Source: Escherichia phage vB_EcoM_G2248. From it: 64,000 nt of DNA. A program made the position numbers and the translations under genes. The DNA is taken from sequence record MK327932.1, one strand, 5' to 3'. The notes beneath the pieces were generated by a model that had not been told where the DNA came from, ran no database searches, and saw only the letters and a program-made list of their open reading frames with translations. Of the stretch, positions 62,420-64,000 are shown in pieces. How positions within the stretch are numbered: position 1 is the stretch's first letter; every line of letters starts with the position of its first letter.

Positions 62420-62890
62420 TTACAGTTTGGTCGTCCACTCCAGGTCTAGATCTTCGACATACTCATGAGATCGGACAATCTCTAAATCGAACTCTAGGTC
62501 AGTGCCAAATTTACGCGCACCAACATCATAAGAAAGCGTGATATGCGGTACATATTCAGGATAATCCCACGTCGCACCTAAAGCAGTGCCGATATCGTGT
62601 CTGAATTGCATGTAGTCGCTTTCAAATGCCAGCACAAGCGCATTAGTACCGGATTGAGTTTCAAACACTTTCAGATGGCATAGAGAGCCTAAGAACTTCT
62701 CCCCTTCTTCTGGGATAAACGGAACATAGACACGAGAATATAAGATAGTGCTATGCAGTTTATCACGAGGAACGGCATTAGGCAGATCGTAGAACTCCTG
62801 CAATTTTTCAATGCGGTCTAGTGTATCCTCAGTGAATTTAACCGCCGCATATGTACCTTTAACGGATTCTCTAAACGGGGTCATAATCAA
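62420..62890 (-). CDS. 57B: 2H phosphoesterase, Acb1/57B-like (anti-CBASS-type cyclic-nucleotide phosphodiesterase)
   Basis: 156 aa; two H-x-T/S-x motifs (HSTILYS, HITLSYD); position immediately downstream of 57A and 1 as T4 57B. Confidence 0.65.
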   Translation of the reverse strand: MIMTPFRESVKGTYAAVKFTEDTLDRIEKLQEFYDLPNAVPRDKLHSTILYSRVYVPFIPEEGEKFLGSLCHLKVFETQSGTNALVLAFESDYMQFRHDIGTALGATWDYPEYVPHITLSYDVGARKFGTDLEFDLEIVRSHEYVEDLDLEWTTKL

Positions 62891-63153
62891 GCCTCCGTGA
62901 TCAGTTCTACTTCCTCTTCTGCGTCTTCCGCTGCTTCGTCTTTAGGGAGAAGTGCTTTCACTTCTTCGACAATAGCATCAAGGGAAACAGTCCCGTTTTC
63001 GTCTGGCTGAATACCCAGAATGCGTACCAGTTCCATCAATACACGCTCACGATCTTTCAGTTGGCCTTCTAAGAATGCGGCCTTTTCTTGAGTGTCAAAC
63101 AGACGTACTTTCAGGACATTAATCATTTGTTCATGCTGATTGGACATATTCAC
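62887..63153 (-). CDS. 57A: tail fiber assembly chaperone gp57A
   Basis: 88 aa, coiled-coil, acidic C-terminus; position between 1 and 57B. Confidence 0.65.
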   Translation of the reverse strand: MNMSNQHEQMINVLKVRLFDTQEKAAFLEGQLKDRERVLMELVRILGIQPDENGTVSLDAIVEEVKALLPKDEAAEDAEEEVELITEA

Positions 63154-63179
63154 ATCTCCTACTTGTTGATAACTTTTTA

Positions 63180-63836
63180 TTAAATGTTCGCGAGAATCGC
63201 GCTTTCAAATTCTTCTAATGTACCATTATTTATGATAATGGTTTCACCGTCAATAGGCAAAATTCCTTTTTCGGTGGAGTGAGTCGATACAATACCAGTA
63301 TCACGCTGAATATGCAACACCTTAGCACCCATAGCACGCATGAGAGCAATTTCAATAGGCTGACGCACATCAACCACTACAAAATACCCTTCTTCATTTT
63401 TGCGCTTCATAAACTCATTCACGAAGAGATTACACCAATAAAGCGGATTGATCAAGTTAACCATTATATCAGTACCGAGAGTGGTTAACATGAGACGAAT
63501 AGACCAGACGTTATTATGTTTTTCGCCGATCTCATTAACGACCTTGTAAATCTCAGCCAGACGATCACAAGTAAAGGAACTACCGCCATACTTCGAATCT
63601 AGCATAAGCAGACACTGAATAAACCACTTATGCGCGGTATAGGTATCAATACCTAGATCGGCTTCTCTGTCACGCCCTAACCCGTCAAAGTCAAGATAAG
63701 TCAGACCTAAGTCTGGTTGACATTCGCATAAGATTTCTTTGATCGGTGCTGCCAGTTGATAACTGTGTCCATCAATGATTAACGCGGCAGTATCTTTTCC
63801 TACTCGCTTTTTACCACAAAGTGCAATCAATTTCAT
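63180..63836 (-). CDS. 1: deoxynucleoside monophosphate kinase gp1
   Basis: 218 aa; P-loop CGKKRVGKDT, QLAAPIK, LMLTTLGTD, ALMRAMGA blocks as in T4 gp1. Confidence 0.9.
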   Translation of the reverse strand: MKLIALCGKKRVGKDTAALIIDGHSYQLAAPIKEILCECQPDLGLTYLDFDGLGRDREADLGIDTYTAHKWFIQCLLMLDSKYGGSSFTCDRLAEIYKVVNEIGEKHNNVWSIRLMLTTLGTDIMVNLINPLYWCNLFVNEFMKRKNEEGYFVVVDVRQPIEIALMRAMGAKVLHIQRDTGIVSTHSTEKGILPIDGETIIINNGTLEEFESAILANI

Positions 63837-63848
63837 TATATAAGCCTC

Positions 63849-64000
63849 TTATTACTTTCTAAAAGCAGGGTGCATAGCTTTAATACCTTCCACCCTCTGA
63901 CGATCCGCCGCCTGAATTGCTGGGCGAGGAACGATCAGTTGACCATCACGTTCAATGCTCATTGTTTTAAAGGGAAGAATTGCAGTACACACCAGAGATT
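63849..64000 (-). CDS. C-terminal fragment of an upstream gene (gene 3 position), truncated by window end
   Basis: open frame running to the window edge, ending ...AMHPAFRK-stop; synteny only. Confidence 0.3.

Noticed and set aside
673-62541. All plus-strand ORFs in the track (e.g. 673-1146, 3770-4189, 16536-16811, 46917-47447, 54604-55128)
   Set aside because: Each lies antisense inside a well-supported minus-strand gene, lacks an SD, and has low-complexity or hydrophobic composition typical of shadow ORFs

Overview
This window reads as the early/replication half of a T4-like (Tevenvirinae-type) phage genome, running from rIIA (window start) to dNMP kinase gene 1 (window end). Every supported gene is on the minus strand; plus-strand track ORFs are antisense shadows. 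Recognisable T4 counterparts, in T4 order: rIIA, topoisomerase 39 (with gene 60 fused), dexA, dda, a Mod-like ADP-ribosyltransferase, 56, 61, 41, uvsX, 43, regA, 62, 44, 45, 46, 47, 55, nrdH, nrdG, nrdD, 49, nrdC, dam, tk, regB, 57B (Acb1-type 2H phosphoesterase), 57A and 1. The conserved T4 slots for gene 42, beta-gt, imm and alpha-gt are empty, and a stereotyped promoter cassette with an embedded stem-loop recurs at least 20 times; both fit my recollection of RB49-like pseudo-T-even phages, which cannot be confirmed from sequence alone. The non-T4 content I consider most worth follow-up: (1) an eight-gene paralogous family flanking nrdG/nrdD; (2) a helicase-like P-loop NTPase module between 55 and nrdH; (3) a structured, apparently non-coding RNA downstream of a late-promoter motif; (4) a putative late operon with a 714-aa beta-rich protein; (5) a macro-domain protein, a small nucleotidyltransferase-fold protein and an Acb1-like phosphoesterase; (6) a non-T4 cell-wall module (M15 peptidase, secreted SLT transglycosylase, many small membrane proteins); (7) two HNH homing-endonuclease-like genes. 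All functional calls rest on motifs and synteny read by eye; no database search or computation was run, and promoter/terminator coordinates are accurate to about +/-3 nt.
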